The notes under the pieces were generated by a model. It did not search any database, was not told the origin of the DNA, and saw nothing but the letters and a program-made list of their open reading frames with translations. A stretch of 64,000 nt of DNA, from positions 1,624,100-1,688,099 of the forward strand of contig NW_003314267.1 in assembly GCF_000143415.4 (NCBI RefSeq), written 5' to 3'. Below, one piece after another: positions 11,726 to 23,655 of this stretch. Positions within the stretch are counted from its first letter, which is position 1. Each line of letters opens with the position of its first letter. The stretch is from Selaginella moellendorffii. Its lineage: Eukaryota; Plantae; Lycopodiophyta. Both the position numbers and the translations under genes were made by a program.

Positions 11726-11779
11726 GTCCTCTAGCACGCTTTAATGATATTTAAGTAGAATTGGAGAATTAACTTATGG

Positions 11780-12290
11780 CTGGCCTATTGTCAAGCTCAA
11801 AGAGACCCAGACAACCGTGATCTTCTTGCTGAACCTCATCTCCCAGTACGAAGAGAGGGAAATAAAAGACACCAGTCATTCTCAATCTAGACAGAAGCTC
11901 CAGCAGGCAAGCTTCTTCTTGGGAACTTGCTGGAAACTTTCAAGGAATTGAAGAATCCCCACTCCTCGCATATCCCCTTTCGTTGGAGCTCCAAGACCTC
12001 GGGAGCCTCGGCCTGGAAAAATGACCAAGATCGATCAGTGGACTTCCAGCATCACAAAACATTTCTTCCAGTTCCAGGCAAAGAGATCAGAGACAAAGAG
12101 AGGAAAAGCTTGCGAAAGAACTACACGAAGCAAAAGTATGGTGGTCACAAGCTCTAAATTGACTTGATCAAGAGAGAAAGAGACAAAGAAACAAATGGAC
12201 AGAGATTTTTTAATTTTGTATGCATAATGTGGATCAAAGTTACTAAATATATTTCTTCCAATGAACAATCTATATGCATACTTTCTTTGT
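11780..12290 (-). pseudogene. Scrambled fragment of the 2OG-dioxygenase gene (exon 1/5' region on -, exon 2 start on +)
   Basis: 11850-12190 is the reverse complement of pieces of ~24950-25320 and ~25820-25870. 11781-11846 matches 25871-25944 in direct orientation. Confidence 0.85.
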
Positions 12291-13578
12291 ACTAAACAAA
12301 AGTATTATAATGATATTTTTTAAAAACATTATTTGTGTTTTTTGAAATATAAATTGTAAATTTTCATTACTTGCTATCAACTTAGAAAATTGGCTTTAGT
12401 TATAAATTATATGTTGTAATTTGTGATAATTTGTATATTTATACAAAATTTAGTTGAAAAATAAAGTTAATCTTTAAAAAAAATTATATATATATATATA
12501 ATTTATTATTGCAGTTTACAATATATACTTTAAAACTAGATAATTTCATATATGTTGCTAGTTAGAGTTTCAATTTATAACTTTTATGTAATGACTAAAA
12601 TGTTAGTTGTTAATTATAGTTACAAATTTTTAAGTCGTAATTTTGAGTAATATTTATATCAAATAAATTACTAATAGCAATATATGCCTACTTTTAACTC
12701 ATAGTGCCTTCTTAGTGAAGGAATTTGTATTCTTATTAAAACTATTAAAGTTTTGCCTTTCTTAGATCTATATTATGCAATTTGTTTAGGAATAAGAGTT
12801 GCATATTAGTGTTGAAATGTGAAGATAATTATATTTACCTCATATATACTATCATAGATCATATTCATCTTTATGGTAGATAGCACCATATGACATATGG
12901 TTTCCACTCAAAGATATTTAAAAGATTAGATTATACAAATGTACTACTTCAGCAAAGTAATATTTTAAAATTGGTGAAAACTCTATAATATTAAATGATT
13001 GTGGTATTAATTTGAGTGGTGGTAATAGTGGTGGCAATGATAATATCAAGGATGATGATGTATTTAATTATTTCTCAAAATGGTTACATGGGATTGAAAA
13101 ACAATATTTATAAAGGGTTTAATGCTTCTATTTTGTCTATTTGTTTAAGTATTCTAGATGCAAATTATTACTGAAATATCAAACCAAGCAATAGATCATT
13201 TTATGAGGTAAGTAAGTTTTAATATTATTTAGTATTAAATTTGTTAGTATTTGGATAAAGGCTCTTCAAACAAATGTAGTTTGTAAATAACATTTTTTCA
13301 TTTAAGGAAATGGTAAAAATCACTAAGAATATTGGAATTATTTACAAAAAACTTGATTCATGCATCAATAATTGTATGTTATTTCATAAGGAGAATAAAG
13401 ATTATACCTTGACTTCAACAATAATTTCAATGCAAAGAAATGACTTATCATTTTGATCATCGATCCACTGATGGAATAATGAGAATGATTGCAAATGGTT
13501 TAATCTAGAAAAAGTTTAAAGATGATTATTCAGATTTTATAGCATATATTTTAGTGTGGCTACTAATGGTTTTTTTTA

Positions 13579-14400
13579 TCATTCTTGAATGGTCTTTCTC
13601 TCAACCAAATCATAGTCATTTTCACTAGCAAGCCTGGTGAGCTTGGCTGGATCATAAGCAAGTGTTTTGAGTGGCTTCTCTGTATACATACAACTTGCTT
13701 TTTTGTATAAAAGACCATACATGTCTTCCCACATAAATTCACTTTTATTGTGCAATTCTCTTCTAAGATCTCGGCTGCTATCTGTGTTTTCATGCTTGAA
13801 GATCCTTCCCAATACCTGTGTGAGATCATTATGGTAGCTCATAAGGTGAAATTGATGAGTATCCCATATTAAATTCATATCATAAGTGGGAACAAAAAAT
13901 ATTGATGTGCTAGCCCTGTGTATAAGATGGAGAAATGCCTTGTAACAAGTAACTGCTGCTAGCAAGAAGCTCTTGTCTATGTAATGCAGCTCAAAAACCT
14001 GCATACTTAAAACTAGTTTGCTTTCAAGAAAAGATCATCATTTATCTGATAGTAGAAACTTTTCTACTTGAGAGCTGCTTTTGCCAAGTCATAAGAGATA
14101 TTGGTTGGTCTTTTGTAATATCTTCTTTTCAAGTCTCCACCATATATGTTAAGAGTGTAAGTTTGGTGCTTTTTTGAAGATTCCTTTAGTCCTTTGCCAA
14201 CGAAGGACTAACAATCTTACCGAACAATATTTTACAATCCTTAGCATATTAAATCTAGTCAGATAGGTCACTTTAATAAATTCATAGTGGACAAATAATG
14301 AATAGCCACACATGTAGAAGTTGGCATGTACTAGTAAAAGAAACTCCAATTGTGAATTTGCAGCTACTACCAAGTTTAGTGTTGATGCTTACATGCAGAT
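13579..14400 (-). pseudogene. Glycine-rich domain protein (GRDP/DUF1399) remnant
   Basis: FLLAAVTCYKAFLHLI...FFVPTYDMNLIWDTHQFH.MSYHNDL..VLGRIFKHENTDS and the N-terminal LVVAANSQLEFLLLVH are DUF1399 motifs. The sequence is interrupted and AT-shifted. Confidence 0.8.
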
Positions 14401-15099
14401 GGCCAGCCTTGACTTGGCGTTGTTGTGGTTGTCACCACTAATTTCTCCTCCCAGCAATTGCCATAGGACTGATCTTTTGCTTGTAACCACATTGAGGAAG
14501 CACTCTAGCTTGGAGGAACTAGATTCCTTGCTTGCATTCTTGGTGCCAAATCCCACTACCACCTTTAATAGTCATAAATATAATTTATTTTACATTTGAC
14601 TATAAATTAATAACAATTTAAATTGCTTTTTTAACAGCTTAAAATATCATTATAAATATCTTTCCCACAGACTTTAAATTTAGTAATAAGAATATAAAAA
14701 CTATATTTTTTTATACTATTAAAATTGACTTAAAATTTAGTTTTTAAAAAATACTAAAAAAGACTACATTTTTTAATAACTTATTATAAAATGCAACTAC
14801 AAATATCAAGTTACAAAATTTCTAATTTTTAATTTAAATATAGTCACAAATAATGGCTACTAATGCATATTTTAACATAAATTTATAAAAATTTATGTCT
14901 TAAAATTTAATTATAAATATTAACTCAAAATAATAACAAGCTTAATAACAGAAATTTAAGTTGTATAGTGACCATATAGCCCCAAAAAAGTGGTGGAATT
15001 TGCTATGGGATCCAGCTAACAGCAGTATTCCATATAAGCCATTTTTTTCCAACTTATTGCAATATCTTAAAATTAAATTGGGCTTATATAATAATGATT

Positions 15100-15700
15100 C
15101 CAGTCTTATTGAGTGCCTCCAAACAAAGTGGTAGGAGAATCTTTAATGCTCCAGTGAGAGGAAAGGTCTTCTTACTATATATTTGGTAAAAAATACTTTT
15201 TTTTCTCTTTTTTTTCGGTTTGATTAAATAAACCTATAGGGGAAGGGTGGTAGTGAATATACTAAGAATATGCTTAAAGTTTCTAGGATATTTTGTTGTT
15301 ATTCATTTGGATTAATCTTTTATGAATAATTTATAAATATGTTTATAATTTATAAACTTTCCTAAGTTTATTCTGGTTGATATTCAATAAGATTAATCTT
15401 GTGTGTTTATAATTATAGACTTCTATTTGATTAATTGAATTAATAAAAAGTAATAACACTATTATTAAGCAAACCGCAGCAAATAATTTTTTATATTGTC
15501 TATTATGTAGTATTTGATAGTGATTGAAATCAGAGGAAATCACCATCAAATTCTACATAATATAAAAAGAATAAAATAAAATAAAAGTAAGAAAGCGTTT
15601 TCTATAAAATCTCTATTGTTAGTGGTGAGAAGACCTTTCCTCTCACTGGAGCATCAATGATTCTCCCACCACTTTATTTGGAGGCACTAAATAAAAACAC
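15100..15700. repeat. Local inverted repeat (~75-bp arms 15100-15176 and 15621-15700) derived from the dioxygenase 3' flank
   Basis: GTGCCTCCAAACAAAGTGGTAGGAGAATC...CCAGTGAGAGGAAAGGTCTTCT pairs with AGAAGACCTTTCCTCTCACTGG...TTGGAGGCAC. Confidence 0.8.
15235..15475. repeat. AT-rich dispersed repeat (MITE-like); inverted copy at ~55300-55565, weaker relatives at ~36590-36760 and ~37490-37610
   Basis: Shared AAGATTAATCTTGTG..TTTATAATTATA core and GGG..GGTAGT.AATA.ACTA.GAATA end. Confidence 0.6.
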
Positions 15701-16300
15701 TACAATGGAGATGGACTTATCTGGAAAGCGCTACAGGATCTGTTTATGCATATGGATTATGGATTAAAGTATGCATACTTTCTTTTCTCCTCTCGTTCTC
15801 TCTCGATGGAGTCGATTTATAGCTCACGACCACCATAGCTTTGCTTCGTGTAGTTCTTTCGCAAGCTTCTCTCTCTCTCTCTCTCTCTCATGTCTTTGCC
15901 TGGAACTGGAAGAAATGGTTTGCGATGCTGGATCGATCTCGCTCCATTTTTCAGGCCGAGGCTCCTGAGGTCTTGGAGCTCCGACGCAAGAGGATAGGAG
16001 AGATTGCAAAGGCCTGCGAGGAGTGGGGATTCTTCCAGGTCCAGAGCCAGTGACCAGCCTGGATTGCAAGCTCATTGCCAATTCCTTAAAAGTTTCCAAC
16101 GAGTTTTTCGATCTTCTGCTGGAGGAGAAGAAGAAGGTCTCTCTGCCGGCTGGAGCTTCCGTCTAGATTGAGAATGACTGGTGTCTTTTTTTTTTCCTCT
16201 TCATAGGCCTTTTGCGGTTGTCTGGGTCTCTTTGAGCTTGACATAGGAGGACAAACTAAACGGCGTTGAGTTTGTCCTCGTAGTGCTCGTAGAGGAAGTT
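15528..16300 (+). pseudogene. Rearranged dioxygenase copy (3' end, then exon 1, then inverted exon-2 bits)
   Basis: 15528-15780 matches ~26711-27060. 15780-16160 matches exon 1 (MVCDAG...ACEEWGFFQV) with frameshifts. 16210-16300 holds inverted exon-2 pieces. Confidence 0.85.
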
Positions 16301-16900
16301 CTTTGGAAGGTGAGGTAATCTCACAAAGTTTTCTCTTTTTCGTGCTAATGGTATATGTTTCCAAACTGTAAACTAGTAATTTATATGCTTGCTTCAACTT
16401 AATTTTGATTCATCAGTTTCTTGAAGAAGTCGGAACCTGAGAAGTATAATTTTCATCTTGACACGGTGTTTGCTGGATAGGAAGCTCCTTCCCTTTTTCA
16501 CTTCGATCCGCTTCTTGTCATCTACTTAACCGAGGATGAGAGCCTGCAAGGCTCGCACGCTTGCAAGGTCTGGAAATTTATTTCCAGCTTTCTAAAGTTT
16601 AACACAGGTGATCTTCGCACTGGCAGGCTACGACCTTAAAGACAGTGTGGAGCTGATTTTGAGATATGATCGATGAGGAAGAGAGGGAGGCTATCGAACT
16701 AACAAGGTTTTAGCATTTCTTTGCGTCTTACATGCTTCTCGTCGTTTTTCTCCTGGGCAGGTCCAAAATCGAGCAGTTCCTTGTTTCAATCTATCAAACT
16801 CTACTTCGTGATTTAAATCTGTGGTTTTTGGTAGAGAAGAATTCATTGTTTGATTTTTGCGGAGCACGTGGAGAAGAAAATCCTCAAAGTTTTTCCATTC
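16301..16900 (+). pseudogene. Second deleted copy of the 3173-5166 gene
   Basis: Matches ~3612-3665 and ~4365-5235 and mirrors 8885-9410. Confidence 0.85.
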
Positions 16901-18170
16901 AATGAAAATCCTGGAACAAAGGCGCAGCACAGATTGAATATTCTCCTAACGTCATATGCCCAAAGCGTCCAGCGGTCCAAATCCCTCTTTGAATCCATGG
17001 AGCTGCTTAAGCGGCTGCGTCGATCACGCGGGGCAAGCGTTTCTCATCTCCTGGACGACGATGATCACGGCATTCGCTAGCGCTGGCCGGATGGAAACGG
17101 CCGCTGATTTTTTCTTGAGGATGCCCGCGCAGGATCTCGTGTCGTGGAACTCGCTCTTCCAGGCCTATGCCCGCGCCAGCGCCGTCTTGCACTGGATGCC
17201 GGAGCGCAGTACTGTCTCCTGGACGGCGATGATGGATCTTGTCACAAAGAGCGCAATGCCGGAGCTGATTTTCGACGCGATGCCGCAACGAAATCGCGCC
17301 GCCTGGAACGCGATCGTGGCGGCGCTAGCGGGCGGTGGCAGGATTATCGAGAGAATGCCGCAGCAGGGAGCCGCGCCCTGGACCTGTGTCATCGTAGCAA
17401 CCACGTTGTCCGGCAGATTGATCCGCGCCAAGGAGCTCTTCGATGCATTGCCGTGCCGGGATCTTGTTTGCTGGGCGGCGATGATCTCCTCATTCGCTCA
17501 CCATGGCCGCCTGGAATCCGCCAAGAACACACACGCGCGGATGCCCCAGTGGAATCTCCGCGTGGAAGCCGATGTAAGGTGACGCTAGTAACAACGGCCT
17601 AACCGAGTGCTGATGTGGCAAGTGGACGTGCGGAGGAGGAGAAAAGCGATAGACGCTGGGTGTGAGCAGTGTCTTCTTGCGCTTTAGAGGTTGATCTCTC
17701 TTGGTTTCTTTGCTTGTGTCCGTGGATGGAGAGTCGGAGCACTACAGCGATGCTCTCAGCATATGCTCTAGCCGGACGCGTGGCGCAAGCCCAGTGGTTG
17801 TTCAATCAGCTGACACCACGCTGGTCCAACTGTATTTCTGCCAACGGCGACGCGTACGGCGCGGACAGGATATTCGAGGAGCGTGCGCCAGTGTGTTGGA
17901 ATATGATGCTAACGGCATTGATTTGTTTGATGTGATTTGGCGAGAGTAAGTCGCGAGAAGAGGCGGTAAATGTCTTCTCTCAAATGCCTCACAGAGACAC
18001 GGCGCTGCCGCAAACGCAATGATCGTCGCATGGCGGAGCGGCTCTTTTCTGGGCTCCAATTTCGCCACGATCTCACCTCCTGGAACGCGATGATGATCGA
18101 GGGATATGCGCGCGATGGCCGGGTGGATCTTTGCGTGATGGCTTTGCAAACGATGGAGCTGCGATGGAGC
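16900..18170 (+). pseudogene. PPR pseudogene, inverted duplicate of 7094-8920 with deletions and an insertion
   Basis: Near-identical peptide SWTTMITAFASAG..MPAQDLVSWNS..ALPCRDLVCWAAMISSFAHHG and RLFSGLQFRHDLTSWNAM. Contains frameshifts. Confidence 0.92.
17573..17746. mobile_element. 174-bp insertion, probable solo LTR (TG...CA)
   Basis: Absent from the intact PPR (target GGAAGGCGATGCTC). Begins TGTAAGG and ends ACTACA. Flanked by CCGA/GCGA (4-bp TSD with one mismatch). Confidence 0.7.
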
Positions 18171-18219
18171 CATAGGGCTTTCCCTCTGTTAACTTTATGT
18201 TGTACATTTAAATCATCAC

Positions 18220-19260
18220 CAGTACCTCAACTTATGCATATAGATTGTTATTTGATCAAAGTCCTTGATCCACAATCCATATGCATAGAAAATTAAACAG
18301 ATAGCGCTCTCCAGATGAGTCCATCTCCATTGCAGTTTTCTTATTTAGTGCCTCAGATCAAAGTGGTGGGACAATCTTTGATAGAAAGATCTCACCACTG
18401 CTAAAGTTCAGTAAAACACAATCTATGTTATGCTCTAGTCAAACGTTGAATAGTTCCAAGCTCAAGCATAGCCGTCAACTTTTTCTTATGTCATGTTAGA
18501 TTTAGAACATTGCCCAGCTTCCGTCAACTTTTCGTAAACTTAGTAAGCAATAGGAAAACGCTTTCTTACTTTTTTTTGTTCTTGTCTTTTATATTGCGTA
18601 GTATTTGATGGTGATTTCCTCTGACTTGGGACCTCCAACCTTCTTGTTCTCGAATCTGACCATAATGTATTCGCCGTATCGAAACTCTCGGTGCTTGTTG
18701 ACACTTACAGCGAGCTGCGGGAGTGGGCATATTTGAGTGGTGACTCTGGGAACGCACGAAAAAGAAAAAGAGCAGCGAGTTCCATCACGTAATGTAAGAC
18801 AGTCTTGTAGCGATCGTTGCTCCACACCTGTGAAACTCTAATCCAGAAAGTCGAACAAAGAACAATCGAAGAACACCAAGAACTTTCGAACTTGCTGAAC
18901 GAATAGGCATCTAAAGCAAGAACTAAGAACTTATATCCGTCACAAAGAGAACATTCAAGAGCATCAAGAACACCAATCGATCGAAGAAGAATTTCGAGCT
19001 TGTGCTGAAAGAACAGGCATAGGAACGAATGGGACGAGTATATCAGAACCATGAAAACAGATTTTACCAGGACTATATCACCAACGTTGACAACAAGGCA
19101 GTTTGGTCAAGGCCGGATGGTGATCCACTTATCATCCTTGAGGATTTGGAGGCCTTCTACCTCGCTTTGTGCAACAACGCGGAGGATGTTCCCGTCGTGG
19201 TGCTTGGACAGGCCGATCTCGTCGGTGGAGTGAGACGGGGGATACTGGATCATTATCAAA
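18220..19260 (-). pseudogene. Inverted copy of dioxygenase exon 2, intron 2, exon 3 and 3' flank
   Basis: YPPSHSTDEIGLSKHHDGNIL...DDKWITIRP and REFRYGEYIMVRFENKKVGGPKSEEITIKYYAI. Frameshifted relative to 26005-27120. Confidence 0.92.
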
Positions 19261-19465
19261 GACCCAGCCGAATCACTTTGCCGCGCAATCAAGAAAAGAA
19301 GCCGTCCCTTGCGATGCCTCGATCGATCCAGAACAATGCGGGACCTCACCTCACGAATCATTGAGTCGTGGCCGCCAGCGGCGCCTTTGGAATCGCGGAG
19401 TAAAATGTGTTTTTAGGGTGGTGAGGAAACGTTGGCGATGCTCCAGGAGCAGCAGCTGCAGCTAG
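19261..19465 (-). pseudogene. Inverted, deleted copy of the RPN2/SLF2-like head-to-head junction (~3050-3355)
   Basis: CAGCCGAATCACTTTGCCGCGC...GGGACCTCACCTC...TGTGTTTTTAGGGT...GTTGGCGATGCTCCAGGAGCAGCAGC is the reverse complement of 3355 to 3050. Confidence 0.88.
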
Positions 19466-21179
19466 CTACAGGGCCTCTAACACAATGTAACGGCGTGGAC
19501 AGGTTTGCTGTCCAGCAGCTCGTGGTACTGAGCCTTTCTTCGACGGTGGCTCCATGTATTATAATGCCAAGATCTTGTTCGGGTTACTGAATTGGAGCGA
19601 TCATGATCTCGCGTGCGCTATACTAAATCTTCCGTGGGAATGATCATAAGCAGCTTTGAGAAGGCTTCGAATATAGTCTGGCTACCTTCGTCTGCGAGGA
19701 AAGAGGATAGACCGGAATACAACATGTTTTGTTCCCGTATATAGTACCACATTTTTTTATATTCCTCAGAATCCCGGAGACCGAGCCAGATTGAGGCCGG
19801 AAAGGCGAGCCTTCTTTGCTCTGGTCCGCATTTTCCTGGAAAAATACACAACAACTTGTTGCACGATGCAAACGAAAAGCCAAAGCTTACTGAGTGCAGC
19901 CAAGAAATCTGATCAATGACAATCTAAAATGCAGCTCGCGGGACGCTTACAGAGGAGAAGCCGTGAGCCCGATCGATCGATTCGGCAATAAAACCTGGCT
20001 CAGAGCTTCTGAAGGCGTTGCCTGTCAGGAAATCTGATCAATGACAATTCATAATGCAGCTCGCAGGACGATTACAAAGGATTTGGAGGCGCCGCGAACT
20101 CGATCTAGCGATCCCAAGGGCTTTTCAACCAAGTTGTGTTCGATTTCTGTTTCGTGAGCGTGAGAGGACGTGTCCTTCGCGAACCAGCTGCGCCCATGTC
20201 CTACTCCACTGCACCGGCAGATCGCCGATCGATTGCGGGAATCTCATCGTACAAATATATGGCGATCTGATATCTCTGGCTCCACGGATCGGCCCAAATT
20301 GATCGGGCTCCTCGAGGGCGCTTGACGAGATCCTCGGGGACGCGCACCTCGGGGCTTGGCCGCATTCCTCAAGTCGGTAATAATATTCCAGGCAGACAGA
20401 TCTTTTGCTAAATGATATGAATCAAAATATATCAATTACTAAATGCATAAATGCATATAAAGATTATGAATTATAGAATTGATTTCATAATTCCAATCAA
20501 TGCCGTTTGTAATATCTTTATCAAAATAATTTAGTTTTCTTGACGATTTAATACTGAAATATTTTTCTACATTTTATAATATTTTTGAATTCTAAATACT
20601 TTTTAATTAAACTTAAATATATAAAAATAGAATCAAAAGGTCAAATTCTAGCTAATGCCATTTCATTTTTTATTCAAATGAAATTATTTTCACGTGTTTG
20701 TTCTTTTCAACTTGCTTCTCTTACTTTTCTTTCTTAATCTTAAGAAAATATTATATGTGCTTGTTTATTTTAAGTGGGTGTTATTTTTCAAGCTATCACC
20801 TTTATTCTTATAGTTTGGAAAGTCTTTAAAAATTTAAGTATATAATTAATAGTTATAAATATATGCACATTATTAAACTATTTAGTTGTAAGATCACATG
20901 TCTTTATTAATTTGTTGCTTCATTCATCACTATATTTATAATAATTTATGATTTTAATATTTCAATTAATTGAAATCTAAGTAATTATATAAAATTTATT
21001 TCAAAGAAGATATCATTTACCTTTAACTCATAATTTTATTTGTTTTAAGTGTATAAATCTAGGTGTCAACTTAATAAAGAGATATATAGCTACAAAGAAA
21101 AAAATATAATATTCAAGAAAATTAATATTATATTTTCATAGTTATATTAAGAAAAATGTTTAAATAAATTTATATTGTT

Positions 21180-22160
21180 ATATATAGAACTAAATCTAAT
21201 CTATCCATACTTCTATATAAGCAACAGAATAAGCCTTAATAAATATATCTATTCCTATATCCTAAACATTCACATAAGTGGAGATAAGGGTCTTGTGATT
21301 GATCCTTTGGAGAGCAAAATTTTCTAGCAATACTTTGCTTTAGTGTTCATAGTTGTGTTTTTATTTTTATTCCTTCATTCTCTTTTAAATCTACATTTGT
21401 ATTAACTTTGTGCAATATTTATAATTTTACCTATCACTATACTTAGATTTGTTCTTCTTTTTTTAATCTTTATTGCATTCCTTTCTTCTACTATGTTATG
21501 CTATCATTGATTAAAGAGTATGTTTACTAATGCTACTTTATTGGATTGAGCTTTTGGTGTTATGGGGCATAATTATATTGATGTTACACCCATCCTTGAT
21601 GTATTACAATCTCTAACTTTTGTGAGATGTAATTATATAACTTTTTCTATTTTAGATGTTTGCCATCTCCCATTGATATGGATTATGATCATGATATCGA
21701 TTGAAGAGCTATAAATGATGTAATTTGATTTTTGGAGAATGTTCAAAGATTAAATTTATGAGAAGACAATGTTTACAAGTTTGAATGATTCTGGATTGCG
21801 ATGAAAAGTTTGATTATTATGAAGATAGTTTTGGAGATAAAATAAAGATTTTGCAGAGTAAATGTTAATCCTTTATCATTTGATATTTTTTCTTTACCTT
21901 CTCCTTTTTCCAAGCATTTTTTAATTTCTCAACCTAACCCACCTTCTCATGTTTAGTGTTTAATCCTCATTTGTGGTGTTTCCTTCTCTTAACATATCAA
22001 TTATTTGTGACTTTTATAGTTTTCATTCTCATTCTTAGTTCAGTATTGAGTTGAATGTTTTTTGTCATCTATAAATATTGAGTATATGCATGAATTTGAA
22101 AATTTTATTTTGTTCCATTAATAAAATATTTGATCAATTCTGGTGTTGAGTATTCCGAAG
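21180..22160. repeat. Old dispersed repeat with a diverged inverted copy at ~35340-36195
   Basis: CTATCATTGAT.AAAGAGTATGT...CTAATGCTACT.TATTG.ATTGAGCTTTT.GTGTT and ATGTTTACAAG.TTGAATG are shared on opposite strands. Confidence 0.7.
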
Positions 22161-23258
22161 GTTAAGTTACTTTAACTAATATTTTGGATGTCCTCACTTG
22201 TGAATCTTGCTAAAAGCTTTTGTTTTACCATTGTTGCTAAAGAGTTTATATGTTCTTTTGAGAGTATGGACATTTTATTCATAAAGGTTCAAATATAAAA
22301 GGAAAAAGCCCATGAATAAAAGTAAATTTTCCCATCTTAAATGTGGAGTTGTGTGTTAAAAAAGTTAAGCAATGTAAATGTTTTATTTATATTTCAGAGG
22401 CTGAAGTATTTTATAACAAGCAGTCTCCTATTTTCCAAACTTTGAACACATATTTTGTTTATTTTCGCATTGACAATTGTTGAAATTGGTTTTCAAATGC
22501 TTTTTTATCTACTTTTTCTCTTTCCACAATATTTATTCCTTAATTTTTCTTAGTTTCTCTTCTTTGGTTTAATATTTCAAACTTTTTTTTCTTTGGAAGA
22601 AGGGTAGAGATGATAAACCTTGATAATGGAATAAGGATGAACAAATATAATGGACAAATGAAATAGATTGTGAAGTGAGAACAAACATAGAAAGTCTAAA
22701 TGGAATACCCAACCCTAATATAATAAGGCCAAACAAAAATGATAATGAAGTGAAGCCAAACATAAATAGTAAAGTGAGAACAAGTGCAACAAGTTTAAAC
22801 AAAACTAGTGCTTCAAAGGGATAAGAAAAATATAGAAAACTAATAGAGTGAGTCTGATCTTTTTTATATGTTGTTAGATGAGAATAAAGGTTGTATATCT
22901 GAGTTAACATATATCTCAAATATGAATCAAAATGAAGATGTAGAGGTGAATTCTACTTATAATCATGAGTTTAAGTTAACAGTGGTTTTGAAGGATTGTC
23001 AATGGGTAAATATATTATTTGTTGTAATGGTGCTTAAGTTATAGTTTCAAGGTTGGTTCAAGCATTTGCCAATTGCATATGGAATTGCAATTGGTGTATG
23101 AAGACTTTATAATCAACTAATATTTATGCTATAGCTTTAGGTTTTATTTAAGTTATACTTATCAACAATTATATTAGTGGTTCTATGGGAGTTTTAGATT
23201 TTTATAGTAGTTCATATTGTCCAGTATATTCCACTTGATTTATAGTTATCACTTTTTC

Positions 23259-23591
23259 ATGTATATATGTATGTATATATGTATATGTATATGTGTATGT
23301 ATATGTATATGTATATGTATATATATATGTATATATATATGTGTATATATATGTATATATGTATATATGTATATATGTGTATATATATGTATATATATGT
23401 ATATATGTGTATATCTGTGTATATATATGTGTATATATGTGTATATATGTATGTATATGTGTGTGTATATATGTATATATATGTGTATGTATATGTATAT
23501 GTATATATATGTATGTGTATGTATATGTATATGTATGTGTATATATATGTATGTATGTATATGTGTATGTATATGTATGTGTATATATATG

Positions 23592-23623
<32 letters not shown>

Positions 23624-23655
23624 TGTGTATATATATGTATGTATGTATGTATGTA
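23259..23655. repeat. Compound (TA/TG, TATATG) microsatellite
   Basis: ~400 bp of alternating T-purine dinucleotides. Confidence 0.97.

Noticed and set aside
12300-14960. Possible TIRs around the GRDP remnant (Pack-MULE-like)
   Set aside because: Similarity between the flanks is limited to short AT-rich words, and no TSD was found.
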